Below, piece after piece: positions 47,134 to 55,771 of a DNA stretch of 63,666 nt. The notes beneath the pieces are model-generated. The model did no database searches, was not told the origin of the DNA, and saw only the letters and a program-made list of their open reading frames with translations. Each line of letters begins with the position of its first letter. The stretch's first letter is position 1. Where the stretch lies: positions 1 to 63,666 of the forward strand of contig CAZFLK010000012.1 of assembly GCA_964519245.1 (NCBI GenBank). Reading direction: 5' to 3'. The stretch is from an uncultured Verrucomicrobiota bacterium (GTDB taxonomy: Bacteria > Verrucomicrobiota > Verrucomicrobiia > Limisphaerales > JAYPEY01). Both the position numbers and the translations under genes were made by a program.

Positions 47134-47140
47134 GGCTTGG

Positions 47141-47761
47141 TCACTCCCTCCGCGTTGCGCTCGTCGGTTTGAAATCGACCCGCCACATGCCGCGAAGTTC
47201 TCCGAACTTGAAGCCGGTCGCCTCATCCTTGGGATACAGCTTCTTCAACAGCTTCAAGGCCTCCGGTTTGATCTCCTTGCCCGGAACGCCGTGACAGTTT
47301 AGGCAGAGGGGGTTGTTCAGCGGGATCGGGGCAAAGTAGGTTGCAGCGCCGTTGGCGTGCGTCCGGACGATTGGCGATGGCTTCTCTCCCGCGGCCAGTT
47401 TTTCGCTGAAGGCCTGGAGGATCATGAGCTCGGAGGCATCGGCCTTGTTCTTCGGGTTGCGCGCCTTGTGGGAGACCCGGCGCAACACGACGGGTTCGCC
47501 TTCCACCACGGAGCGGGTCAATGGCAACGCCCTGGTCGAGCAGAAGCTCAGCGCGTTGGTCACGCCGCCTTCGGCAACGGCCTGCATGAGATTGGAGCTC
47601 AACAGTTTGAACGCGCGTTGGGTAATCGCCTGGCCGCGTTCGCGGAGGCTGGCGACGCGTTGATCCTGCCGGGAGGCGGCGCCCGAGGAGGGGGCGTCCT
47701 GTCCGAAGGCGGAGGCGGCGACGGACACGGCCGCGGTGATGGTGAGAATCGTTCGTTTCAT
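47141..47761 (-). CDS. Secreted c-type heme protein, DUF3365/Tll0287-like
   Basis: Likely start MKRTILTITAAVSVAASAFG (signal peptide). ALSFC, RRVSHKARNPKN, CLNCH (CxxCH), YPKDEATGFKFGELRGMW. Confidence 0.85.
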   Translation of the reverse strand: MKRTILTITAAVSVAASAFGQDAPSSGAASRQDQRVASLRERGQAITQRAFKLLSSNLMQAVAEGGVTNALSFCSTRALPLTRSVVEGEPVVLRRVSHKARNPKNKADASELMILQAFSEKLAAGEKPSPIVRTHANGAATYFAPIPLNNPLCLNCHGVPGKEIKPEALKLLKKLYPKDEATGFKFGELRGMWRVDFKPTSATRRE

Positions 47762-47953
47762 GGGCGGGTTTGCTGAAAGGGTTCCAATGCGTAATGCCGG
47801 CAAGATGTGCCATCCGATCTGCTTGTTGGCAATGACACTTTTGGTTCGAGGCGCTAGGTTCGCAAGGCTGCCGGCCGGCGCGTTTGCCAACCCATGCCGG
47901 CAGCATGATTTAGATCGTTTGTGCAGCGGGAATTCGTAAGCTTCAGTCGAAAT

Positions 47954-49210
47954 ATGAATCTGAGAAATCGCAGAATTGAAGATGCCCTAACCACCGAGGA
48001 CCTCTGGAAGCTGATGCGGCGGCGGGTGCCGCCGATCGTGTCGGAGTATTTTCGGGGCGGAGCCGACGCGGAAACCACCATGCGCGGCAATGTGCGGGCT
48101 TTCCAGCAGTCGCAGACTACGGCCTACGGAGCCCAGAAGTTCTCCGAGTTGGACATGAGCACGACGGTGGTGGGCCAGAAACTCGATGTGCCTTGGTTTG
48201 TCTCACCGGTCGGCAGTCTGCGATCCCTCTATCCCAAGGCGGACTCGATCGCCTCACGGGTGGCGGGTGAGTACGGCACGGTGATGGCGCTCTCCACCTT
48301 GTCCGGAACGCCCATGGAGGAGGTCGCCACCGCGTCCAACGGCGATTGCTGGTTCCAACTCTACCTTTGCGGCGGCCGGGACACGGCGTTGCGGGGCCTC
48401 GACCGGGCGAAGCGCGCGGGATTCAAAGGGTTGATCCTGACGATGGATACCGGCGTCGCCGGGATGCGCGCGATGCACGCCAGAATGAAGCCCATGGAGG
48501 CCGCCGCTTCCTTCAGCGGTCTCGAATTTTTTGACATGGTCAAGCTGGCCTGGAGAAAGGTCGCCCTTGCGCCGCAGATGATCCCCCGTCTGCCCTGGGT
48601 CATCAATCACTTCATGGACGGCGGTTTGATCAAGTTTGTGAACGTGATCGACGAGAACGGCGAACCGATGCCCTACACCGACATCGGTCAGCAGTTGGCC
48701 GCGTCGGCCGTGACCTGGGACGACCTCAAATGGGTCAAGGAAGCCTGGGGAGACGAGCTTCCACTGATCATCAAGGGCGTTCATTGCGCGGAAGACGCGA
48801 AGAGGGCGGAACAGTTGGGCGCCTCGGGCGTCGTCTGGTCCAATCACGGTGGACGCCAGCAGGACCGCGTGCCGCCGGCCCTGCACATCGTGGCCAATGA
48901 GATGCCCAAGGTCGGGAAAACGAAGCTCGATTTCATGATGGACGGGGGCATTCGGAATGGGACGGACATTCTGATCGCCCTGTCCTATGGGTTGAAAGCT
49001 GTCGGCATTGGACGTGTCGCCGCCGCCGGCGTCGGGGCCGGAGGCTATCCGGGAATGAAACGGGTGTTTGAGATCCTGAGTTCAGAATTCGATCGGGCGA
49101 TGCGCCTGGTGGGCGTTCAAAGCGTCGAGGAGATCCGCTCGCGGGGCGCGGAATTGCGGCGTGAGAGTCTCCTGGGTGGGGACGGCCATTTGCCGCCCTT
49201 CGAGTTCTGA
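47954..49210 (+). CDS. FMN-dependent alpha-hydroxy acid dehydrogenase/oxidase (LldD/glycolate oxidase family)
   Basis: YFRGGADAETTMRGN, WFQLY, LTMD, IKGV, SNHGGRQ, DGGIRNGTD motifs. ATG 47954 preferred over GTG 47921. Confidence 0.9.
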   Translation: MNLRNRRIEDALTTEDLWKLMRRRVPPIVSEYFRGGADAETTMRGNVRAFQQSQTTAYGAQKFSELDMSTTVVGQKLDVPWFVSPVGSLRSLYPKADSIASRVAGEYGTVMALSTLSGTPMEEVATASNGDCWFQLYLCGGRDTALRGLDRAKRAGFKGLILTMDTGVAGMRAMHARMKPMEAAASFSGLEFFDMVKLAWRKVALAPQMIPRLPWVINHFMDGGLIKFVNVIDENGEPMPYTDIGQQLAASAVTWDDLKWVKEAWGDELPLIIKGVHCAEDAKRAEQLGASGVVWSNHGGRQQDRVPPALHIVANEMPKVGKTKLDFMMDGGIRNGTDILIALSYGLKAVGIGRVAAAGVGAGGYPGMKRVFEILSSEFDRAMRLVGVQSVEEIRSRGAELRRESLLGGDGHLPPFEF

Positions 49211-49254
49211 TCCCGGCGACGGGTAGGGACGCGCGGCGGTGAGATAGCCCCCGC

Positions 49255-49965
49255 TTACTCTTCCGCGATCCAGACCATGGCGCCGGAGGGGGTGTTGTCG
49301 AAGAGCTTCACCAGGTCGCGATCATTGAGATGCACGCAACCATGCGACGCCGGGCGGCCGATGCTGGATTGGTCGCCCGTGCCGTGGATGTAGACGTAGC
49401 GGGCGTGGGTATCGACGTTGCCGCCGCGATTGAATCCGGGCTCCAGGCCGTCGAGCCACAGGATGCGGGTGGTGATCCCGGCGTCGGGATCATCCCGCCA
49501 GGTGTAGCCCACCGCCCGGCGGCTCTTGAAGATCGTTCCCATCGGCATGCCGTCGCCGATCTTCTCCTTCACCCGATGCAATCCCAGCGGCGTGCGGTAG
49601 GAATCCTTCTCCTGGCCGATGCCGAACTTGGAGGTGGAACAGACAAATGTTTCCCTCAGCGTGTAGGACCCGGGCGCGCTGGATCCGAAGCCGCGATACC
49701 AGCGCAGTCGCTGTTCGCCGATGCTCACGCACAGGAGATCGCTGCTGGGCTCCAGGTTGAGCGCGCGGCATTTCTCGAACAGCGCGGCGGGAGGGCGGGG
49801 CGACTGGGACGACGGCGCTTGCGGGATCCGCGAAATGGAGCGAGCCGGGGAACGTGTCGTTGGCGTCGTCGAACAGCCACTCAGCAACGCCACCGCCAAC
49901 AGCAGCAGGGCGGCGCGGCAGTTCGCGCGGGCTTGGAATTCTGGCGGCTGCGGATGGGTTGGCAT
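49255..49965 (-). CDS. L,D-transpeptidase (YkuD family) lipoprotein
   Basis: Lipobox LLSGC. VSIGEQRL, STSKFG, TPLG, YIHGT...SHGCVHL (HxX14-17[S/T]HGC). Start uncertain. Confidence 0.88.
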   Translation of the reverse strand: MPTHPQPPEFQARANCRAALLLLAVALLSGCSTTPTTRSPARSISRIPQAPSSQSPRPPAALFEKCRALNLEPSSDLLCVSIGEQRLRWYRGFGSSAPGSYTLRETFVCSTSKFGIGQEKDSYRTPLGLHRVKEKIGDGMPMGTIFKSRRAVGYTWRDDPDAGITTRILWLDGLEPGFNRGGNVDTHARYVYIHGTGDQSSIGRPASHGCVHLNDRDLVKLFDNTPSGAMVWIAEE

Positions 49966-50048
49966 CGAAAGCCGGAATCGTTCACGAACCCCCGGCAAAT
50001 GCGAGCAGAATTCACCGAGGAAGCCCCTGTCGACGTCGCCCGATCCCC

Positions 50049-50186
50049 GTAGGCGCGCTCGTAAGAGCGTGGGCGACACGCGTCCGCGGCAGCTTTTGCT
50101 TTCTGCCTTCGCTCCACCTTCTCACGAAGGCGGCTACGTTGCCTGATGCACGTAGGCGCCCACGCTCTTGCGAGCGCAGCTTCTAC
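50049..50186. repeat. Cluster of GTAG-family REP-like palindromes
   Basis: GTAGGCGCGCTCGTAAGAGCGTGGGCG (50049-50075, +) and its inverted relative at 50157-50186. GTAGCCGCCTTCGTGAGAAGGTGG (50114-50137, -). Confidence 0.65.
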
Positions 50187-50485
50187 GGCAATGCCGAAAA
50201 AATCCCGCCACCCTTTCGCAATCGCGCACCTCCGCGCCCGCGCGGTTCTCAGACTGTGGGCATGCCGTAGCCCAGGGATTTGAGCGCCTTGCGGAAGGCC
50301 TTTTCCTTGTCCGGGGCGTCGACAAGATGGCGGTCGCCGCTCCGTTGACAGAGCTTCCCGGCGGTCGGGTCCTTGGCCACGGTTTCGGCGACGGTTGGGG
50401 CCGCGCATTCTATCAGGTGGACCATGCCTCGGAGCCGGCAGGCCGTGGCGCGTCGTTCCGGCTCCGACAGGGGTTGATCGCGTGT

Positions 50486-51214
50486 TCAGAGTTGTGAGAT
50501 GGGTTGGACCATCGGCCAGAGGGTGACCTCTTCGGTGACCAGGTGGGCCGGTCGTTCGGCGATCTGCACGATGAGCTTTCCGAGTTCTTCGGGCGCGATG
50601 CACTTCTCCAGAATCCCGCTCTCGCGGGCGCCGAGGCCGCAGGAGTCGGTGAACTCGGTCTGTCCCCAGGATGGAATCACGGAGGTAACCCGCACCCCGC
50701 TGGGGCGCAGTTCGGTAAGCAGGCAGCGGGTGAACTGCAACAGGCCGGCCTTGGCCGCGGAGTAGACGCTCCATTCCCCCCAGGCGTGCTTCGCGCAGAC
50801 GCTGCCGATGTTGACGATCAGTCCCGATTGCTGGCCGACCATCACGGCAGCGGCCCTTCGGCAGCCGAGGATCGCGCCGGTGAGATTCGTCGCCAGCGAC
50901 CGTTCGATCGCCTCGTCACTTTGTTCCGTCAGTGGCGCAATGCTCACGCCCTCGCCCGCATTGTTGATGAGGATATCGAGGCGATCCCGGGCCCCGGTGA
51001 CCTCCGAAATCAAGCGATCCCAGGCGGCGCCATCGTTGACGTCCGCCACAAAGGGCGTGGCGCCGGTTTCCCGGGCGGCGTTTTCAAGGGTCTCCGCGTT
51101 GCGTCCGGTGATCCATACCCTGGCGCCCGCATGGGTCAGGGCCTGGGCGATTCCTTTGCCATAGCCGCGAGAGGCTCCGGTAACGATGGCTGTCTGGTTC
51201 TCAAGCGATTTCAT
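50486..51214 (-). CDS. Short-chain dehydrogenase/reductase (SDR)
   Basis: TGASRGYG cofactor motif, NNAG, YSAAK catalytic motif. Start MKSLENQ at 51214; the longer ORF-track start runs into the REP region. Confidence 0.92.
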   Translation of the reverse strand: MKSLENQTAIVTGASRGYGKGIAQALTHAGARVWITGRNAETLENAARETGATPFVADVNDGAAWDRLISEVTGARDRLDILINNAGEGVSIAPLTEQSDEAIERSLATNLTGAILGCRRAAAVMVGQQSGLIVNIGSVCAKHAWGEWSVYSAAKAGLLQFTRCLLTELRPSGVRVTSVIPSWGQTEFTDSCGLGARESGILEKCIAPEELGKLIVQIAERPAHLVTEEVTLWPMVQPISQL

Positions 51215-51316
51215 GTCTTTCTGGTCTGCGTCAGTCCATCCTGCATCCACGATACAGGCGATGCCAGTCTTGTTGGTTGGAAAGGAGCGGGCGCACGTCA
51301 CGATTGTGCGGAACAA

Positions 51317-51510
51317 AGCCCCAAGGGGCGGTCCCATGTCAGCCCAGGGCATCGCTCTGGGAAACCGGTTCAACAATGGTTGAGCCCCAACGGGGCGGCC
51401 CGATAACATTGTCGGCGGGCGATAGGGCCGCCCCGTTGGGGCTCAGCTTGTATTGCTCTTCTACTACCCAGGCCGTTGGCCTGGGCTGACATAGGGTTGG
51501 CCCGTTGGGC
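51317..51510. repeat. Nested inverted-repeat (REP/BIME-like) element
   Basis: Perfect 21-bp IR 51381-51401 / 51425-51445 (TGAGCCCCAACGGGGCGGCCC), flanked by an outer IR ATGTCAGCCCAGG 51336-51348 / 51480-51492. Internal palindromes CCCAGGGCATCGCTCTGGG and CCCAGGCCGTTGGCCTGGG. Confidence 0.85.
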
Positions 51511-51664
51511 CGGAACTTGGCACAAAACTGACATGAGCCCGAAAGGAGCGGGCATGTCAGCAATCGCAACATCCCGTCCCTCCGGGACATGGAACTGTGC
51601 CCGTCCCGTCACGGCGGGTTCGTCGGCTTGATCGATGGCCGCGTCGCCATCAGGATGGCGGCGC

Positions 51665-53203
51665 ATGAGCGTATGCCAATACTACGAGTTCCAGGCGCTC
51701 GATCGTCGCCTGAGCGAGGAGGATACGGACGAGCTGCGCAAGTCTTCATCGCGAGCCAGCATCACGCCGACCAGCTTCGCCAACGAGTATCACTACGGCA
51801 GTTTCAAGGGGAATGAAGACGGCTGAATGGAGAAGTATTTCGACGCCTTCCTGTATGTGGCCAACTGGGGAACGCGAAAGCTTCAGTTCAGCCTGCCTGA
51901 AACGTTGTTGTCGGAAGAGGCGGCGGATCCGTATGAAGCCGGCGACGCGGCGTGCTTTCGGGATCGGGGCGGCGACTTGATTTTCACCTTCTACTCGGAA
52001 GAGGAAGGGGGCGGCGGTTGGGAGGAAGGCGAAGGAGTGTTGGGCGGCATACTGCCCGTTCGCGATGAACTGGCCCGCGGCGGCCTGAGGGCACTTTATC
52101 TTGGTTGGCTGCTCGGCCTCGAACAGGGCGAACACGACGACGACGAACAGGAACCGCCCGTGCCGCCCGGTCTCGGGGATCTGTCCCCGGCGCTGGAGGC
52201 GTTTGCGGAATTCCTGCGCATCGATGATGATCTCCTGGATGCGGCGGCCGAGGCGAGCGCGCCTCTTGAGGACGCGCGGGCCGATCGATCCGAACTGACC
52301 GCGTGGGTGGCCTCGCTCCCGGATGACGAAAAGGACGATCTTCTCGTGCGATCGATGGAAGGGGCTCCCCATGTGGAGGCCGAACTCTGCGCCCGTTTTG
52401 CCGCCACGCGGGCGTCGGACGCTGGGCGCGCGGACTCGCCCCGGCGCATGGTGGGGGAACTGCGGTTGGCGGCTGAAGCACGGGCGGAAAAACGTCGTCA
52501 GGCGGCGGCGCGTCGCGCGGCCGCGGAGAAGGCGCGCCGGGAGAAGAAAGCGGCGCTCGCCCGGGAGAAACATCTGGATTCCCTTGAAGGAAAGGAGGGG
52601 GAGCTCCGGGATGAAGTCCATTCACTCATCGCCACCCGCCTGCCCAAGAACTACGACCAGGCGATTGAGCATCTGAAGGACCTGCGCGATCTCGCCGGAC
52701 GTCATGGCGGTGAGAAGAGCTTCGCAGGGTTGATTGCCGCGTTGCGCGAGGCGCACGCGCGCAAGCCGAGATTTCTCGAGCGGCTTGACGCCGTTGATGG
52801 AACCGTCGAGGACCTGGTCGCGACGACCCGACGCGTCATCGCCGACGCCACCGCGTTCGACGAGAAGCATCGCAACCGCGATTTTCAATACGATTGGGAG
52901 GCCTATAAGACGGTTGAGGACAACTTCAAGCGGTTGCTCGACGCCGGCAAGCTGGTCGAAGTGATGCAACTGGCTGTGGAATTGATGAGGCTTGGCAGTC
53001 TCCAGGTCGAGGCCAGCGATGTGGGGATGATGATGGAGGAGCTTGAGGACTGTCTGTGCGTCGCGATTGAAGCCGTCGTCGACAGCGGTCTTCCAGCCGA
53101 AGATGTGGTTCTTTGGGGCAATCGAATGAAAGGCGCCGATCGGGTACAATGCATCTGCGAAGACGCATTGGCTGAAATGCAGAGGCGGTTCAAGCCGACG
53201 TAA
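51665..53203 (+). pseudogene. Conserved hypothetical gene (QYYEF...YFDAFLYxANWG family) with in-frame TGA at 51824-51826, apparently fused to a second hypothetical domain
   Basis: 51665-51823 (MSVCQYYEFQALDRRL...EYHYGSFKGNEDG) is in frame with 51827 (MEKYFDAFLYVANWGTR); only TGA separates them. Composition changes after RKPRFLERLDA (~52790). Confidence 0.7.
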
Positions 53204-53361
53204 GGAGGCTCATGCCAGCCGTTCCGGCGCAGCGCGCTGCGGAAGGCAGAAAGCGAGAGTCTCGTTACCTCGGCTGCTACGCGAGCCGGATCCAAGCCGA
53301 GGTAGCAGCTGACGTAAGGAGGCTCATGCCAGCCGCTCCGGCGCAGCGCGCTGCGGAAGGC
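53197..53361. repeat. 51-bp direct repeat built on GTAG REP units, plus an inverted REP
   Basis: 53197-53247 and 53311-53361 are identical except one base. GTAGCAGCTGACGTAAGGAGGCTC at 53302-53325 (+) and GTAGCAGCCGAGGTAACGAGACTC at 53257-53280 (-). Confidence 0.9.
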
Positions 53362-53369
53362 GGGAAGCG

Positions 53370-53702
53370 GAACTGAAGCCTCTGACCGACGAAGAGAAGG
53401 CGGCCATCGCCCGCCATCGCGAGGAAGCCGCGCGGAATCTCAAGCTCGCGCGGCTCCTTGGTGAAGGCGGTTTCGAATCCGAGGCCCGACCGCCCCTGCT
53501 GGCCGCGATTCTCGCAGCCGGTCGCGGGATCGCCGTCGAGCATCGGCTCCCGGAGCCGTCCGAGATCGAAGCCTGCTTCTGCGAGCCCTTGGCACGGCAT
53601 TGGTCCGACCTTGAGTCCTTGCGCGAATTCGCCGGATCGGAATCCGGGGATTGGCGCGCCGCGGCCGATGCGCTTGCGGGGCAGGTTCAGGATGCCGGTT
53701 GA
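53370..53702 (+). pseudogene. Start-less C-terminal gene fragment (helical; unknown family)
   Basis: Protein-like frame ELKPLTDEEKAAIARHREEAARNLKLARLLGEGGFESEARPPLLAA...HRLPEPSE...QVQDAG-TGA begins immediately after the REP repeat and stops 5 nt before the next ATG. Confidence 0.55.
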
Positions 53703-53707
53703 TTGAA

Positions 53708-54026
53708 ATGCCCAAGAAGAACTTCATCCCAGACAAGTTGAAGCCGTGGATCGAGGCGCGGAAGAAGTTTCGTCTCAGCCACGCGCAGATCCAGATGGCC
53801 CGCGAGTTGGGCCTAAACCCGAAGGAATTCGGAGGCCTGGCCAACCACAAACAGCAACCGTGGAAGGCGCCGCTGCCGGAATTCATCGAATAGCTACCGG
53901 AAACAATTCGGGCGGGAGCAGCCGGAAGACGTCCGTCCATTGGAAGTCAAAGAGGCGGAAAAACGGGAGAAGAAAGCTCTGAGCAAGAAGGCTCGGCGGG
54001 AACAGGACATCGATCAGCCGTTTTGA
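53708..54026 (+). pseudogene. Small basic conserved hypothetical protein, frameshifted at ~53890
   Basis: MPKKNFIP...WIEARKKFRLSHAQIQMARELGLNPKEFGGLANHKQQPWKAPLPEFIE-TAG. The +1 frame continues SYRKQFGREQPEDVRPLEVKEAEKREKK...QPF-TGA (54026). Confidence 0.7.
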
Positions 54027-54067
54027 GCGGAGCGGTCGTCCCGTCACCCAGACGCCTTCGCAAGAAA

Positions 54068-54091
54068 GTAGCGGCCTTCGCAAGAAGGTGG
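54068..54091 (+). repeat. GTAG-family REP-like unit
   Basis: GTAGCGGCCTTCGCAAGAAGGTGG, close to the reverse-strand unit at 50114-50137. Confidence 0.65.
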
Positions 54092-54294
54092 TCGGCCTTC
54101 GCCGTCAGCCCGACGTCGAGATTGCAACCGGGATGCGGGGCGCGGAATTCATTCCGCCTCAACACTGACAGTCCCGTCGCATCGGCAAGGCTGGGGACAA
54201 TCTGTTTCCGAAGGTGGAAGCATCTGCGGAAACGAATTGGCTGACTTGCGCCTTCGGCGGTGATCCGCTGGAGTTCCAGTGAATATGGTTGAAA

Positions 54295-54398
54295 ACATGT
54301 CGATGAATTTCAGTTTTATCGACATATATCGTTGATCTGTCGTCCTCATCGACATATGTTGCAAACACGTCGATAGAATTGATTTTTTTAAACATGTC
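54295..54398 (+). promoter_or_regulatory. Putative operator array (ATCGACAT x4) upstream of fic
   Basis: ATGTCGAT 54297-54304, ATCGACAT 54318-54325, ATCGACAT 54348-54355 and ACGTCGAT 54367-54374 in an AT-rich intergenic region. Confidence 0.55.
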
Positions 54399-55479
54399 CT
54401 GCGATCCAACGATTCCGTTCAACGATCTGCCCGCGTTGCCGCCGGAGCGGGAGTTGGAGACGCCGCGTGTGTTGAAGCAGTGCATCCGTTCGCGGACTGT
54501 GCTGGCCGAACTGGAGCAGTCGGCGAATTTTCTTCCCAACAAGTCCCTGCTGATCAACGTGATGCCGCTGTTGGAGGCGCAGGCCAGTTCGGAAATCGAG
54601 AACATCGTGACGACGAAGGACAAGCTGTTTCGCAGCTCCCTTTTGGAACAGGCGCCGGACCCGGCGACCAAGGAGGCGCTGAACTACCGGGAAGCGCTTC
54701 GGGAAGGCTTCCAACAGCTTCGCGCCAGGCCTCTCTGCACGACCACGGCCGAGCGGGTCTGCTCCGTGATCAAGGGAAAGCCGATGACGGTGCGGAGCTT
54801 CCCCGGAACGGCGTTGGCGAATGCCGCCACGGGAGAAGTGATGTACACGCCACCGGAAGGCGAGGACCTGCTGCGGGACAAACTCGCGAACTGGGAACGA
54901 TTCATCAATCAGCCGACCGAACTGGATCCGCTCGTGGTCATGGCGGTGGCTCACTACCAGTTTGAGGCGATTCATCCGTTCGCGGACGGCAACGGCCGGA
55001 CCGGTCGGGTGTTGAACCTGCTTCAGCTTGTGCAGGACGGGCTCCTTTCGTTGCCGATCCTCTACCACAGCCGCGGCATCATCCGGCGCAAGGCGGATTA
55101 CTATCGGAACCTGCGCGCCGTGACCTTTCAGGAGAACTGGGAGGATTGGATTCTTTACGCGCTCGAGGTGGTCGAGGAATCGGCCCGATGGACGAACGAG
55201 AAGATCCGGGCGATCCGCGAACTGCGCTCCCGTTTGAAGACGGACCTGAAGGCCGGGTTGCCGAAGATCTACTCGGCGGAACTGCTCGACGTGTTGCTTG
55301 GAATGCCCTATTGCCGCATAGGAGATCTGGTGGACGCCGGCATTGCCAAACGGCAGGCGGCGGCCGGCTATCTGAAGCAACTGGTGGACGTCGGCATTCT
55401 GACCGAGGAGAAAGTCGGCCGTGAGAAGTTGTTCATCCACAATGATTACCTGCGCCTGCTCCTGAGCGAAAACGCATGA
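54394..55479 (+). CDS. fic: Fic-domain protein adenylyltransferase (SoFic-like, class II, C-terminal HTH)
   Basis: HPFADGNGRTGR Fic motif, N-terminal inhibitory SSEIENI, PFNDLP N-terminus, C-terminal RQAAAGYLKQLVDVGIL...GREKLF. Confidence 0.93.
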   Translation: MSCDPTIPFNDLPALPPERELETPRVLKQCIRSRTVLAELEQSANFLPNKSLLINVMPLLEAQASSEIENIVTTKDKLFRSSLLEQAPDPATKEALNYREALREGFQQLRARPLCTTTAERVCSVIKGKPMTVRSFPGTALANAATGEVMYTPPEGEDLLRDKLANWERFINQPTELDPLVVMAVAHYQFEAIHPFADGNGRTGRVLNLLQLVQDGLLSLPILYHSRGIIRRKADYYRNLRAVTFQENWEDWILYALEVVEESARWTNEKIRAIRELRSRLKTDLKAGLPKIYSAELLDVLLGMPYCRIGDLVDAGIAKRQAAAGYLKQLVDVGILTEEKVGREKLFIHNDYLRLLLSENA

Positions 55480-55556
55480 ACGAAGCCGAAACACGCGCGG
55501 AATTGATCGACCCGGCCCTCAAGGCCGCTGGCTGGGAGGTGGTGGACGGTTCGAAG
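55476..55556 (+). pseudogene. hsdR: N-terminal stub of a type I restriction endonuclease R subunit
   Basis: MNEAETRAELIDPALKAAGWEVVDGSK matches the typical start of EcoAI/EcoEI-type HsdR (recalled). It is coupled to fic by ATGA overlap, and similarity is lost after ~27 codons. Confidence 0.7.
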
Positions 55557-55771
55557 AGCGAAGGCTGGAGCCAGCTGTCGGGGTCGGCTGTTGCAGGGCC
55601 TGATTTCGGAACAAAAGACCCCGGTTTTATTGATGATTCAAGCCAACTCGCCCACAGCTCGCGCGAGCTCTTTCACTGCCCTTTGCTGACAGTTTTGCTG
55701 ACGGTTGGAGAGGCTGCTTCAGGACGTGAGGCGCTGTCGGCAAAGCTCGACCTTTACTTCAGTGGAAGTCG

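Noticed and set aside
49211-49254. Possible bidirectional terminator between convergent genes
   Set aside because: No clean stem and no U-tract visible.
51824-51826. Alternative genetic code or selenocysteine
   Set aside because: TGA terminates several clear genes in the window, there is no redox motif context, and neighbouring genes are also decayed.
54388-55494. 368-aa antisense ORF over fic
   Set aside because: Shadow ORF; the sense strand has the canonical Fic motif.
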